A stretch of DNA of 64,000 nucleotides, taken from NCBI GenBank assembly GCA_040389125.1, contig JAZKAN010000001.1, positions 178,737 to 242,736 on the forward strand, written 5' to 3'. This DNA comes from Patescibacteria group bacterium. GTDB lineage: Bacteria > Patescibacteriota > Minisyncoccia > Phycocordibacterales > DATDWN01. The notes under the pieces were generated by a model that did no database searches, had not been told where the DNA came from, and saw only the letters and a program-made list of their open reading frames with translations. Made by a program: the position numbers and the translations under genes. Below are positions 1 to 9,396 of the stretch, piece by piece; within the stretch, counting starts at the first letter, position 1; each line of letters opens with the position of its first letter.

Positions 1-198
1 GAAAATCGCTATATATAAAATTTAATCCAACCAAGGGTTTACTGATCTTCTCCGTTGCCACATGTCGAATGTCCTCCATACAATGTTCAGCACTTTGTCT
101 ATTATCTAGTTTATTCATCGAAAGCCCAAATAATAATAGTCCTTTTTCAGAGGGTAATTTATTTATATCGAAGAATTTATTTTGTTCTAAATTGTTCA
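1..198 (-). CDS. hypothetical protein, partial (3' end beyond window start)
   Basis: Minus-strand ATG at 198-196 opens a frame (MNNLEQNKFFDINKLPSEKG...) that runs off the window edge. No recognisable motif. Confidence 0.3.
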
Positions 199-209
199 TG
201 CATTTATTA

Positions 210-440
210 TTAACTAATCCACTCCTTTTTATCAATTCCTGATTGCATAATAATACCCCTCATCGTACGTGGTTTTATAGATTTATTTCCATGAAACGGG
301 ATACATACCTGACGATAAACACTTTTTACATGTCCAACATAATAATAATGACTACCGTGTACATAATTAAGCACAAAATTTCTTTCCTTGAGGAAACTTT
401 CAACATCTCTGAAGGTCCAATTTAATAAACCTCTTGTCAT
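210..440 (-). CDS. hicA: HicA-family mRNA interferase toxin (YcfA-like)
   Basis: 76 aa. GSHYYY and PRTMRGIIMQSGI match the HicA signature (GSH..., ...GTLRSILKQAGL). Lies 6 nt downstream of the HicB-like ORF. Confidence 0.75.
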   Translation of the reverse strand: MTRGLLNWTFRDVESFLKERNFVLNYVHGSHYYYVGHVKSVYRQVCIPFHGNKSIKPRTMRGIIMQSGIDKKEWIS

Positions 441-446
441 AAAAAA

Positions 447-750
447 TTAGGCTTGAGCAACTCCAAACATATTTACTTCAAATGGTGACTTGATCTTTTT
501 TGGAGAGTTGAGGACTTTCCAAAGGTTTTCATATTCTGGATCCGTTTTTTGATTGAGTGGAGAGACGCGGGCACCCTTTATTTTATTGCATGATAAAACA
601 TAGCCATGTACAGCCTGAAGAAGATTAAAGAACGCGATTTTTGGATCATCACTTGATTCAACAATATTAAACTCCAAAGCGACAGCATACCATGTGTCCC
701 CATCACGAAAAACAATATGTCTAAATTTACCTTTTTGTGGAGTATTCATG
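447..750 (-). CDS. hicB: putative HicB-like antitoxin
   Basis: 101 aa from MNTPQKGKFRHIVFRDGDTWYAVALEF..., resembling the HicB N-terminal fold and paired with hicA. The listed ORF to 857 is an N-terminal extension running through the tRNA, so the start is trimmed to the first Met. That ATG overlaps the tRNA 3' end by 2 nt. Confidence 0.45.
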
Positions 751-824
751 GTGGACCCTACAGGACTCGAACCTGCCACCCCATCATTGCAAATGATGTG
801 CTCTACCAGATGAGCTAAGGGCCC
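749..824 (-). tRNA. tRNA-Ala (anticodon UGC)
   Basis: Reverse complement reads GGGCCCTTAGCTCATCTGGTAGAGCACATCATTTGCAATGATGGGGTGGCAGGTTCGAGTCCTGTAGGGTCCACCA. Full cloverleaf, G3:U70 Ala identity pair, anticodon loop TTTGCAA, encoded CCA. Confidence 0.88.
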
Positions 825-882
825 AAATATATGCCAAATATATGGGAGCGAGACCATATATCCCGCAAAACATATTCTATAT

Positions 883-1878
883 TTATTTTCGCTCTAGCGC
901 AAGACCTAGAATGTGGTGCAAAAATTCCTGAAATTTAATCCCCACAGCCTCGAGACTTTTAGGTAGGAGCGACTCACTGGTCAGTCCTGGGAGAGTGTTG
1001 ACCTCGAGAAAGTAAATCCCCCGACGAGGAGTAACGATAAAATCTGATCGCGAGTAGCCGTCGAGACTCAGTATGCTGTGAACCTCTGACGATATGCGTT
1101 CTATTTCCTTTTTTTCGGCAATACTAAAATTTCCTGGACAGATTTCCCTGCTCTGTCCGCTATATTTTGCATCATAATCGAAAAATTGATTGGGTTCGTC
1201 GCTTTTTTTGGGCGGTATGATTTCGACCACTGGCAATGCGTACACGTTTTGACCACGCATATTGTTTACGACCCCACATGTTGCTTCCCTTCCCTTTATA
1301 TATTCCTCTACGAGCACATCATTTTCGCTTTGCAAAATTGTCTCGATTGCGTCTACTAATTCTTCTTTGGTATGTGCAATCGTGATACCGACAGACGATC
1401 CGCCAGTAACAGGTTTTATAATAACCGGCATAGGCAAGAGACTAAACACGTTTCGAATACTAGTTGGTACATTATCCGTAGTACGAACGAGAACAGAAAG
1501 CGGAGTTTTAATACCCGCCTGTGTAATACATTCTTTGGTCATGAACTTATTCATACTGATCGCCGATGAAAGTTTGCCCGAGCCAGAGTATGGGATTCCG
1601 TAGTGATCAAAAATTTCCTGGATACGACCATCCTCGCCATATGTGCCGTGGAGAGCATTGAATACAACGTCTACGTGTTTCAAAATCCTATCTGGAGTTT
1701 TAGGAACGCCTCGCATATGCCACGTGCCATCACGAGAAATAAAAATATCAATTGGGCGATGTGTGACCGAAAGTTCCTTGAGTACATTGCTACCTGTTTT
1801 GAGAGAGACATCATACTCCGGAGAAGGCCCTCCGCGTACTACCCCAATGCGTAGAGATGATGGAAGTGTGAAATACAT
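883..1878 (-). CDS. ddl: D-alanine--D-alanine ligase (ATP-grasp)
   Basis: RIGVVRGGPSPEYDVSL N-terminus, ATP-grasp motifs, EVNTLPGLT C-terminal motif. Start chosen at an internal Met (1878 or 1893); the ORF to 1965 is probably an over-extension. Confidence 0.9.
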   Translation of the reverse strand: MYFTLPSSLRIGVVRGGPSPEYDVSLKTGSNVLKELSVTHRPIDIFISRDGTWHMRGVPKTPDRILKHVDVVFNALHGTYGEDGRIQEIFDHYGIPYSGSGKLSSAISMNKFMTKECITQAGIKTPLSVLVRTTDNVPTSIRNVFSLLPMPVIIKPVTGGSSVGITIAHTKEELVDAIETILQSENDVLVEEYIKGREATCGVVNNMRGQNVYALPVVEIIPPKKSDEPNQFFDYDAKYSGQSREICPGNFSIAEKKEIERISSEVHSILSLDGYSRSDFIVTPRRGIYFLEVNTLPGLTSESLLPKSLEAVGIKFQEFLHHILGLALERK

Positions 1879-1928
1879 ATATATAGTATACATGTAGGAG
1901 GTGGTTTGGTGCAAAATAATTAGTGAAA

Positions 1929-1963
1929 TAAAAAAAAGCGCCCACCCCGGTGAAGGAGTGGGC
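1929..1963 (-). terminator. intrinsic terminator (GCCCAC...GUGGGC followed by U8 on minus strand)
   Basis: Minus-sense GCCCACUCCUUCACCGGGGUGGGCGCUUUUUUUU. It ends the ~345-nt unit upstream of ddl. Confidence 0.6.
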
Positions 1964-2273
1964 AAACCAAGGAGAAGAAAATGGTAAGTTCGATCGGATC
2001 AGGGCTCGCGGGAGCCATGTCTACCATAAGCATATACCTGTCTATCTAGAATGCAAGTAGAGTATAACGCATAAGCACCCAGACAGGTGTCTAGGTGCTC
2101 GAAGGAAAATGTGATGGACCAACAGTCCAAAAAATGAAACTGAGGGTCCCAATGGCTGATTCCTGCAGGAATCGGTCGCAGATGAGAGGTCGTGTGTATT
2201 GGATAAACCAAACAGGAAACCTCTCTCGCAGAAATAAAACAAAAGAACATCGCGTGGGTAAATTTTGCCCACG
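1964..2273 (-). ncRNA. candidate structured ncRNA of unknown class (~345 nt including terminator)
   Basis: Intergenic ddl-uvrC region with only overlapping junk ORFs in three frames. It has its own sigma70-like promoter and a strong terminator, several perfect hairpins, and 5'/3' end complementarity (GUGGGCAAA / UUUGCCCAC). Confidence 0.3.
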
Positions 2274-2280
2274 AGTTTTG

Positions 2281-2309
2281 AGTATATAAAAAGTTTCTGT
2301 TTGGTGCAA
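2281..2309 (-). promoter_or_regulatory. sigma70-like promoter TTGCAC-N17-TATACT (minus strand)
   Basis: Minus-sense ttgcac caaacagaaacttttta tatact. It sits between the uvrC stop and the candidate ncRNA. Confidence 0.45.
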
Positions 2310-2338
2310 CTACTTTTTTGTGGAAAAGTGATGTGAAA

Positions 2339-3652
2339 TTATCGTATTTTTCTACGAAGTTTCTTGTGATATCCTATCGCAAATCTGTGAGCCTCGGAGT
2401 TTGAAAGTAAAATCTCACGTTCGTACACCAGCCATTTTTTATTACCCAAAATCTCTCGCGGACGATGTCTCTCGTCTTTAACTATCGACACTACTGGAAT
2501 ATCTGCGTGACTCTGACGCAAAACTTTTTCTATCGCATTTTTCTGTGCACTGCCACCATCCACAGCAATCAAACTCGGTAGTGGCCATTCTATATGAGTC
2601 AACCTACGCGAAAGAATTTCGGAAAGTGCCTTGGTGTCATTTACTCCTGGATTATCTTTAATTTTAAACTTTCGATAATCAGATTTTTTTATTTCACCAT
2701 CCTCGACAACTGTCATCACCCCCACCACATTTGTTCCCGAGAGGTGTGCGATATCGTAACTCTCAATACGAAATACGCCCTGTTTCAATTCATTATCAGC
2801 AGCTATGAATAAATCTTTTTTTATTAAAGAAATATCCTGAATGTGTGTCAATGCAAATAACGTTCTTTTTATTTTTTGAGCATCTTCAAATCTCTTTCCT
2901 TTTGCGAGATGATTCATTTCTTTTGTGAGATTTTTAATAAGTATCCCCTTTTTACCCTCAAAAAATAAAACAATATTTTTGATTTGCTGTGAATATTCTT
3001 CCTTGCTAATTTTCCCTGTACATACTCCAGGACAAAGTCCTATCTGACTATTGAAGCATGGCTTTCCTTGCATTGGTTCACATTTATCTCGATACGGAAA
3101 AAGCTTACGTATAATTTTTAACGCTTCTTTGAGTTGACTTCCGTTTGGAAAAGGACCAAAGGATTGTTTAATTCTCACTTCACTCATTGGAACTTTTTGA
3201 ATTTCATTCTCCCATGCCTTACCTTTTTGGAGTGGCGATGTCTCACCTGCATGCAAAAGTTCCCTTCCTCGGATCACTAATATTCGTGGGAAATCCTCAT
3301 CAGTAATTACCACAAAATTAAAACTTTTATTATCTTTCTCTTTAATATTAGCTATTGGCTGATGTTTTTTTATGAGGTATGCCTCGAGTATGAGCGCCTC
3401 GAGTACAGAGTCAGTTTGTTCAAATGTAATATCATCAAACTCTGAAAGCATTTTAACAATAAGTGGCCCGCGAGTAGTGGCAATGTCTGACGCAAAATAG
3501 CTTCGTACACGATCACAGAGTGACGTCGCCTTGCCTATGTAGAGAATCTCACTTCCCTCTCTCCCTTTTTCTCCTTTTCCACGTCGAAAGAAATACACAC
3601 CTGGTGCATCCGGAAATTGTTTTATTTTGTCGAGAGCTTCTTGACGAGTCAT
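2339..3652 (-). CDS. uvrC: excinuclease ABC subunit C, short form lacking C-terminal (HhH)2
   Basis: GIY-YIG N-terminus (GVYFF...ILYIGKA), UVR domain, RNase-H-like endonuclease domain (IESYDIAHLSG...IAVDGG). Start at MTRQEALDKI. Confidence 0.85.
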   Translation of the reverse strand: MTRQEALDKIKQFPDAPGVYFFRRGKGEKGREGSEILYIGKATSLCDRVRSYFASDIATTRGPLIVKMLSEFDDITFEQTDSVLEALILEAYLIKKHQPIANIKEKDNKSFNFVVITDEDFPRILVIRGRELLHAGETSPLQKGKAWENEIQKVPMSEVRIKQSFGPFPNGSQLKEALKIIRKLFPYRDKCEPMQGKPCFNSQIGLCPGVCTGKISKEEYSQQIKNIVLFFEGKKGILIKNLTKEMNHLAKGKRFEDAQKIKRTLFALTHIQDISLIKKDLFIAADNELKQGVFRIESYDIAHLSGTNVVGVMTVVEDGEIKKSDYRKFKIKDNPGVNDTKALSEILSRRLTHIEWPLPSLIAVDGGSAQKNAIEKVLRQSHADIPVVSIVKDERHRPREILGNKKWLVYEREILLSNSEAHRFAIGYHKKLRRKIR

Positions 3653-4163
3653 GGTAAGTATGATATCAAATAGTGAGGAGAAAGTACATATGAACAACAC
3701 GATACAGGAAGTACAGCAAGCTGCTCTGAAATTGAAAGGGCTTCAGGCTGAGAACCGCCTTTATAAGGCAGGTAAGCCGAAAGAATTGACCACCCTTGCT
3801 TACGCTCTCATAGGCATGCTGGCGGGAAACTTCGCTTGCTACGGGAGTGTGGGAAATGAATCCAGCCGCTCCGAAATCGAAGAATTCATTGCTGAGGCAG
3901 TCGAATTCGCCGGGACTTTCGAGGACAAATCCACACCACTTTCCAGCATAACTTTGAGTATGTTAGAAGAGATATTCGTGGACGCGATGACTGCCAACCC
4001 CTCGATTCCAAAGATCAGGATAACCGAACCAACCTTGCGAGCCTTACACACACTCGGGGTGAAACTCATTAATGTTCCAACTATGGCAGCACATCATTTG
4101 ACAGAGGCGAAAATCGGCGGAGTTACGCTTCAATGTAAGAGCTCGAAGCCTTTAAAGTTCTGA
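3651..4163 (+). CDS. hypothetical protein
   Basis: 170-aa ORF (alternative start MNNTIQEV at 3690). No recognisable domain. Divergently overlaps the uvrC start and is followed by a clean terminator. Confidence 0.5.
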   Translation: MVSMISNSEEKVHMNNTIQEVQQAALKLKGLQAENRLYKAGKPKELTTLAYALIGMLAGNFACYGSVGNESSRSEIEEFIAEAVEFAGTFEDKSTPLSSITLSMLEEIFVDAMTANPSIPKIRITEPTLRALHTLGVKLINVPTMAAHHLTEAKIGGVTLQCKSSKPLKF

Positions 4164-4176
4164 CGCGAACCTTCCC

Positions 4177-4212
4177 ATGCCACGGCGTCTCAGCGCGCCG
4201 TGGCATTTTCCT
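4177..4212 (+). terminator. intrinsic terminator
   Basis: Stem atgccacggcg / cgccgtggcat, 8-nt loop, followed by tttcctttt. Confidence 0.7.
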
Positions 4213-4242
4213 TTTCCATCACAATATTTCGAGATTAAAAAT

Positions 4243-4354
4243 CTCCCTACACACATGCTTTTATGGCGCATCACGGACTGCATGAAGACAGGAGTGCGAG
4301 GAAAATTTTCAGCAGAAAATTATTCCGGCGACAGAAAAGTATGTGTGTAGGGAG
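4243..4354 (+). repeat. family-A palindromic element, copy 1
   Basis: Conserved ~75-nt core GCGCATCACGGACTGCATGAAGACAGGAGTGCGAGGAAAATTTTCAGCAGAAAATTATTCCGGCGACAGAAAAG, closed by a 14-22 bp copy-specific inverted repeat (ctccctacacacat / atgtgtgtagggag). Other copies are at 25130 and 55361. Confidence 0.8.
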
Positions 4355-4362
4355 ATTTCAAC

Positions 4363-6999
4363 CTACCCCTTCCTATACGCTTTATACTGTTTCAGCGCCC
4401 GCTTCAAATACTTTCCCGTATACGACTTCTCACTATTTGCAACCTCCTCCGGAGTTCCCTTTGCGACGAGCTGTCCACCACCGCTCCCACCCTCTGGACC
4501 AATATCCAAAATATAATCAGTGGATTTGATCATGTCCATGTTGTGTTCAATAACGAGCACTGTATTTCCTTTATTCACCAATTTCTGCAAAATCTCAATC
4601 AGTTTTTTCACATCTTCGTAGTGAAGTCCGATCGTCGGTTCATCAAGAAGATAAATTGTTTTCTGTAAATGCGGACGATACAACTCTGACGAAATTTTGA
4701 CACGCTGCGCCTCACCACCAGAAAGTGTCGTTGCAGACTGACCAAGCTCGAGATAGCCGAGACCGACGTCATCAAGACATTTGAGGCGGTCGTAAATAGC
4801 AGGAATGTCTTCAAAAAATGTGAGCGCCTCCTCCACTGTCATTTTGAGCACATCATAAATATTTTTCTTTTTGTATGTGACCTCGAGAGTCTCTTTCATA
4901 AACCGCTTGCCCTTGCACACGTCACACGGCACATACACCGTCGGCAAAAAGTGCATTTCAACTTCGATCATGCCATTTCCCTGACACGTCTCACATCGTC
5001 CACCCTTTACGTTGAATGAAAATCGATTTGCCTTCCATCCACGTGCACGAGCCTCGACAGACTCTGCAAATAGGTCACGAATAAAACTCCACGACCCTGT
5101 GTATGTTGCGGGATTCGATCGCGGTGTGCGTCCGATCGGAGACTGGTCAATGAGTATTGCACGACCGAGATACTCTGTGCCAGTAAATGTTTTACAGTTA
5201 TAGATTTCTGCACTGCGATATTTGCGTTCAAAACGTGCCTGAAGGTTTCGGTGCAAAATCTCGTACACAAATGACGACTTGCCTGAGCCAGACACACCAG
5301 TCACTGCTACAAATTTACCGAGCGGTATGTCTACGTTTAGGTTTTTAATATTAAAGATTTTGCCTCCGCGTATTTGCAGGCTTCCCTTTTCACCCTCACG
5401 ACGGTTTTCAGGCAACTCTACTATTTTGTCCCCACGCAAATAGTCGAGCGTGAGAGACTCGGATGTATTTTTCTTGGCTGTAAGTAACTCATCGAGATAC
5501 CCAGAAACAACCACATGTCCACCGTGAACACCGGCGCCTGGACCAATATCAACAATATAGTCTGATGCAAATATTGTGTCCTCATCGTGTTCTACTACAA
5601 TAATAGTATTGCCGAGATTTTTTAAATCAATAAGTGTTTGGATGAGACGATCATTGTCACGTGAATGGAGTCCAATCGTCGGCTCGTCGAGTACATAGAG
5701 TGCTCCTACCAGTCCCGATCCGAGCTGACTTGCGAGACGAATACGCTGAGCCTCCCCACCCGAGAGCGTGTGGGCACGACGGTTGAGCGACAAATATTCG
5801 ATTCCTACGTTTATCATAAATTTGAGTCTCGCTTCGATTTCCCGCATGACTACTTTTGAAATATTGATTTCTCGTTCTGTCAGTTTCAAATTCATAGCAA
5901 AATCGTACGCGTCTTTTATAGACATCGCTGTAAACTCTACTATATTTTGCCCACCGATTGTTACATGAAGTGCCTCCTCGCGTAGTCGTGCGCCGTGACA
6001 TTTTGGACATGGTTCCTTGCCGAAAAAGTGACGAGTACCCAAACCATTACATTCGGGACACGCACCATATGGCGAGTTAAATGAAAACAATCGAGGCTCT
6101 ACCTCGGGATATGAATAGCCGTCCTTTGGACATGAAAGTTTTGAAGACATAAAAAATTCTTCGGGAACATATCCTTTTACAGATTCCTGTGCCATATCAC
6201 GAACAAGTATTTTAACTTGTCCGTCGGATTCCAAAAGCGCCTTTTCTAGATCCTCCGACAGTCTCTCCTCTGCACTTTTACTATCTGTACCAAAATCGAG
6301 AAGTGAAATACTATCCACGAGCACGTCTATCGTGTGTCGTTTTGTTTTTGTCAGTACTATCTGCTCTCGGAGAGATTTTCGCACACCATCTACAAGTACA
6401 TGCGAGTAGCCTTTGCCGAGTAGATCGTAGAGGAGCTGGTAGTATTCACCTTTTCGTCCTTTTACTACTGGTGCAAAAATCTCGACGTAAATAGGAAATG
6501 GGATTACCTTGCTTAATTTTTTGTACTCGACTTGCTTGATAGCGATTTTTTCAAGCACAAAATTTTTAATTTCTTCATTTGAAAGTTTTTTGATTTCATC
6601 TCCACAGATGAGGCAGTGTGGATGCCCAATACGCGAATACATGATACGCATGTAGTCATAGATTTCTGTAATCGTTGCGACAGTTGAGCGTGGGTTGTTT
6701 GAACGTGATTTCTGATCGATTGAAATAGCTGGTGAGAGCCCAGATATTTCGTCCACATCCGGTTTTTGCATTTGACGGAGAAACTGTCGTGCATACGATG
6801 ACAGTGACTCGACATATCGTCGCTGCCCCTCTGCAAAAATCGTATCAAATGCAAGTGATGACTTGCCTGACCCAGACAGACCAGTAAAAACCACCATTTT
6901 ATTTCGTGGTATTTCAACAGTAATATTTTTGAGATTGTGAGTCCTAGCGCCTTTTACGACAATCTGCTCCTGGGAATTTATAGTCTTTTTTGGTGTCAT
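4363..6999 (-). CDS. uvrA: excinuclease ABC subunit A
   Basis: 878 aa with two ABC ATPase modules ([14 protein letters not shown]..., [10 protein letters not shown]) and zinc-finger Cys motifs. Confidence 0.95.
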   Translation of the reverse strand: MTPKKTINSQEQIVVKGARTHNLKNITVEIPRNKMVVFTGLSGSGKSSLAFDTIFAEGQRRYVESLSSYARQFLRQMQKPDVDEISGLSPAISIDQKSRSNNPRSTVATITEIYDYMRIMYSRIGHPHCLICGDEIKKLSNEEIKNFVLEKIAIKQVEYKKLSKVIPFPIYVEIFAPVVKGRKGEYYQLLYDLLGKGYSHVLVDGVRKSLREQIVLTKTKRHTIDVLVDSISLLDFGTDSKSAEERLSEDLEKALLESDGQVKILVRDMAQESVKGYVPEEFFMSSKLSCPKDGYSYPEVEPRLFSFNSPYGACPECNGLGTRHFFGKEPCPKCHGARLREEALHVTIGGQNIVEFTAMSIKDAYDFAMNLKLTEREINISKVVMREIEARLKFMINVGIEYLSLNRRAHTLSGGEAQRIRLASQLGSGLVGALYVLDEPTIGLHSRDNDRLIQTLIDLKNLGNTIIVVEHDEDTIFASDYIVDIGPGAGVHGGHVVVSGYLDELLTAKKNTSESLTLDYLRGDKIVELPENRREGEKGSLQIRGGKIFNIKNLNVDIPLGKFVAVTGVSGSGKSSFVYEILHRNLQARFERKYRSAEIYNCKTFTGTEYLGRAILIDQSPIGRTPRSNPATYTGSWSFIRDLFAESVEARARGWKANRFSFNVKGGRCETCQGNGMIEVEMHFLPTVYVPCDVCKGKRFMKETLEVTYKKKNIYDVLKMTVEEALTFFEDIPAIYDRLKCLDDVGLGYLELGQSATTLSGGEAQRVKISSELYRPHLQKTIYLLDEPTIGLHYEDVKKLIEILQKLVNKGNTVLVIEHNMDMIKSTDYILDIGPEGGSGGGQLVAKGTPEEVANSEKSYTGKYLKRALKQYKAYRKG

Positions 7000-7098
7000 T
7001 TTCTTGCTTTATTATACACAGACTACCCCTGAGATCACTCTTAGGGGTTAACTATGAATGAATATGATAGCATGTATTATAAATTTGTATATAATCCT

Positions 7099-9171
7099 TT
7101 ACGCTAACAAATCTTTTGCGTTCTTGGGATTTTTTGACTTCTCAACTTTCGGCACAATATTCATTTTTTCAAGCTCTACAATCTCATCTCGCAGGAGTGC
7201 TGCTGTTTCAAAGTCGAGGATTTTAACAGCACCATCCATTTGTTTTTCTTTCTGCACAATCAACTTTTTCAACTTCTTTGGATCTTTTTTCAGTATATTC
7301 TTGTCTATTGCCAGGAGTTCATCCACCGCCTTGCCATGTTCACTGCGTAACTGATCCGTAATATCCTGAATTTTCTTTATAATTGTTTTTGGAGTGATCC
7401 CGTGTTTTGTATTGTACTCCACTTGTATTGCTCGTCTGCGACTTGTCTCCTCTATCGCCCGTTGCATTGAACCCGTCATGCGATCTGCATACAAAATCAC
7501 TCGGCCATCCACGTTGCGCGCGGCACGTCCTATGATCTGAATGAGAGATGTGTCGGAACGCAAAAATCCTTCTTTGTCTGCGTCGAGAATTCCGATGAGT
7601 GTCACCTCGGGCAAGTCGAGCCCCTCTCGCAGAAGATTCACACCGACGAGTACATCAAACTCGCCACGACGTAGCGAAGTCAAAATTTCAATACGCTGTA
7701 TAGTTTTAATATCACTGTGCAGATACTCTGCACGAATTCCCTTTTCCTTTAGGTATTCACTCAAATCCTCTGCCATCTTTTTGGTCAGTGTCGTTGCAAT
7801 CACACGTCCGCCTTTTTTGACAGCCTTTTCTGTTTCAATAATAAAATCTGTAATCTGTCCAGGAAATTTGCCTTTCTCGACGATTGGCCGCACCTCTACC
7901 ACAGGATCAATAAGGCCAGTTGGACGAATAATCTGCTCAACTATTTGTTCACTGTGTTCACCCTCATACACACCTGGTGTTGCAGATGTGTAAATAACTT
8001 GCCCCACTCGTTCTTCAAATTCTTCGAATTTCAGCGGTCTGTTGTCCTTGCTACTTGGCAGTCTAAATCCAAAATCAACAAGGGATTGTTTACGTGACGC
8101 ATCTCCTGCATACATTGCGCCGATCTGTGATACTGCCACATGCGACTCGTCGATAACCGTCAGAAAATCTGGGTTGCCGTCTGCCTTGTGGGGAAAATAC
8201 GAAAGCAGTGTATCTGGTGCCTCGCCCGCGAGTTTACCAGAAAAATGTCGTGAGTAGTTCTCGATACCATTGCAGTACCCCATCTCGCGAATGAGTGCGA
8301 GGTCGTATGTTGTGCGACGTTTGAGACGCTCTGCCTCGAGAAGTTTTCCATCGCTATCTAGTTCCTTGAGTCTCGCAGTTAGTTCTGCTTTTATTGTTTC
8401 AAACGCTCTCTCACTCTGAGCTTTGGTAGATATAAAATGCTTTGCCGGAAAGAGAAAAAAGACTTCAACGTTTTTTATTATCGCTCGCGTGATTGCATCA
8501 ATAACCAAAACTTCTTTTATTTTGTCACCATCGATTTCGATACGATAAATGACTTTCTCTGAAATCGGCATGATCTCGAGCATGTTTCCAATGGCACGAA
8601 ACTGTCCCGGCGAAAGGTCTGCAGTGGTACGTTCAAAATGAATATCAATAAGTCGTCGAATGAAATCTGCGCGAGAAATTTTCTCACCCACTGCAACTTT
8701 TAAATTCACTTTTTCATACTCAACTGGTGAGCCAAGACCGTAGATACATGAAACAGATGCAACAATAATAACGTCTCGACGTGTGAGAAGTGCCTGTGTG
8801 GATGCATGACGCAAACGATCAATCTCTTCGTTGATCATTGCCTCCTTTTCTATATATGTATCAGAGACTGGCATGTACGCCTCTGGCTGGTAGTAGTCGT
8901 AGTAGGAGACAAAATAATGGACCTCGTTGTTCGGAAAAAACTCTCTGTACTCCTGAGCGAGCTGTGCAGCAAGAGTTTTGTTGTGTGCAATGACGAGTGT
9001 TGGCTTCTGAACTTCCTGAATTACATTTGCAATCGTAAATGTTTTACCAGATCCTGTCACGCCAAGGAGAGTCTGATGTTTCAGACCATTTTTTACACCA
9101 TCTACAAGTTTCTCGATGGCCTGTGGCTGGTCACCTGCAGGCTCAAAATCCCGCTTGATCTCAAATTTCAT
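7099..9171 (-). CDS. uvrB: excinuclease ABC subunit B
   Basis: GVTGSGKTFT helicase motif I, beta-hairpin region and C-terminal UVR domain. Start at MKFEIKRDFEPAG; the ORF to 9291 is over-extended. Confidence 0.95.
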   Translation of the reverse strand: MKFEIKRDFEPAGDQPQAIEKLVDGVKNGLKHQTLLGVTGSGKTFTIANVIQEVQKPTLVIAHNKTLAAQLAQEYREFFPNNEVHYFVSYYDYYQPEAYMPVSDTYIEKEAMINEEIDRLRHASTQALLTRRDVIIVASVSCIYGLGSPVEYEKVNLKVAVGEKISRADFIRRLIDIHFERTTADLSPGQFRAIGNMLEIMPISEKVIYRIEIDGDKIKEVLVIDAITRAIIKNVEVFFLFPAKHFISTKAQSERAFETIKAELTARLKELDSDGKLLEAERLKRRTTYDLALIREMGYCNGIENYSRHFSGKLAGEAPDTLLSYFPHKADGNPDFLTVIDESHVAVSQIGAMYAGDASRKQSLVDFGFRLPSSKDNRPLKFEEFEERVGQVIYTSATPGVYEGEHSEQIVEQIIRPTGLIDPVVEVRPIVEKGKFPGQITDFIIETEKAVKKGGRVIATTLTKKMAEDLSEYLKEKGIRAEYLHSDIKTIQRIEILTSLRRGEFDVLVGVNLLREGLDLPEVTLIGILDADKEGFLRSDTSLIQIIGRAARNVDGRVILYADRMTGSMQRAIEETSRRRAIQVEYNTKHGITPKTIIKKIQDITDQLRSEHGKAVDELLAIDKNILKKDPKKLKKLIVQKEKQMDGAVKILDFETAALLRDEIVELEKMNIVPKVEKSKNPKNAKDLLA

Positions 9172-9396
9172 GCGGTGATTATACGTTGAAAAGGAAGTTT
9201 GGGCAATCTTTTTTATACAAAAAAAGAGCCAAGGCTCGATTTTAAAATAAAAACAAAATGAATTAAACGGGAGGGTTACACAGCAGCGCACTAGTATCCC
9301 CCTCCCGCGGCAGGATAGTTACCACCTCCCTTCTCCAAGAACAGGTTCTTATTTAAGATACCATATCTAAAATGTAAGTACAACAGCTACCCCCAC

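Noticed and set aside
447-857. 136-aa ORF as listed, including an N-terminal extension
   Set aside because: The extension is read straight through tRNA-Ala on the same strand, so the CDS was trimmed to start at the first Met after the tRNA.
1966-2338. RNase P RNA or tmRNA identity for the uvrC-ddl spacer transcript
   Set aside because: I searched by eye for the P4 GGAAAGUCC / ACAGAANCCGGCUUA motifs, the tmRNA T-arm/acceptor and Ala-Ala-stop tag, and SRP GGAA-tetraloop domain IV. None were found. It is kept only as an unclassified ncRNA candidate.
4263-4529. ORFs encoding the shared peptide AHHGL(H/R)(E/V)DRSARKI(F/S)S(R/K)KLFRRQKS across the family-A repeats (also 24945-25211 plus, 55251-55478 minus)
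   Set aside because: The peptide similarity follows from about 90% nucleotide identity of a palindromic element. Frames, starts and stops are not conserved between copies, and compensatory changes preserve pairing rather than codons.
8806-9189. 127-aa plus-strand ORF, and other 60-150 aa ORFs antisense to uvrA, uvrB, tgt, smc, dnaE and the ABC genes
   Set aside because: They lie inside well-supported long CDSs on the opposite strand, have low-complexity or Ser/Arg-rich translations, and lack RBS.
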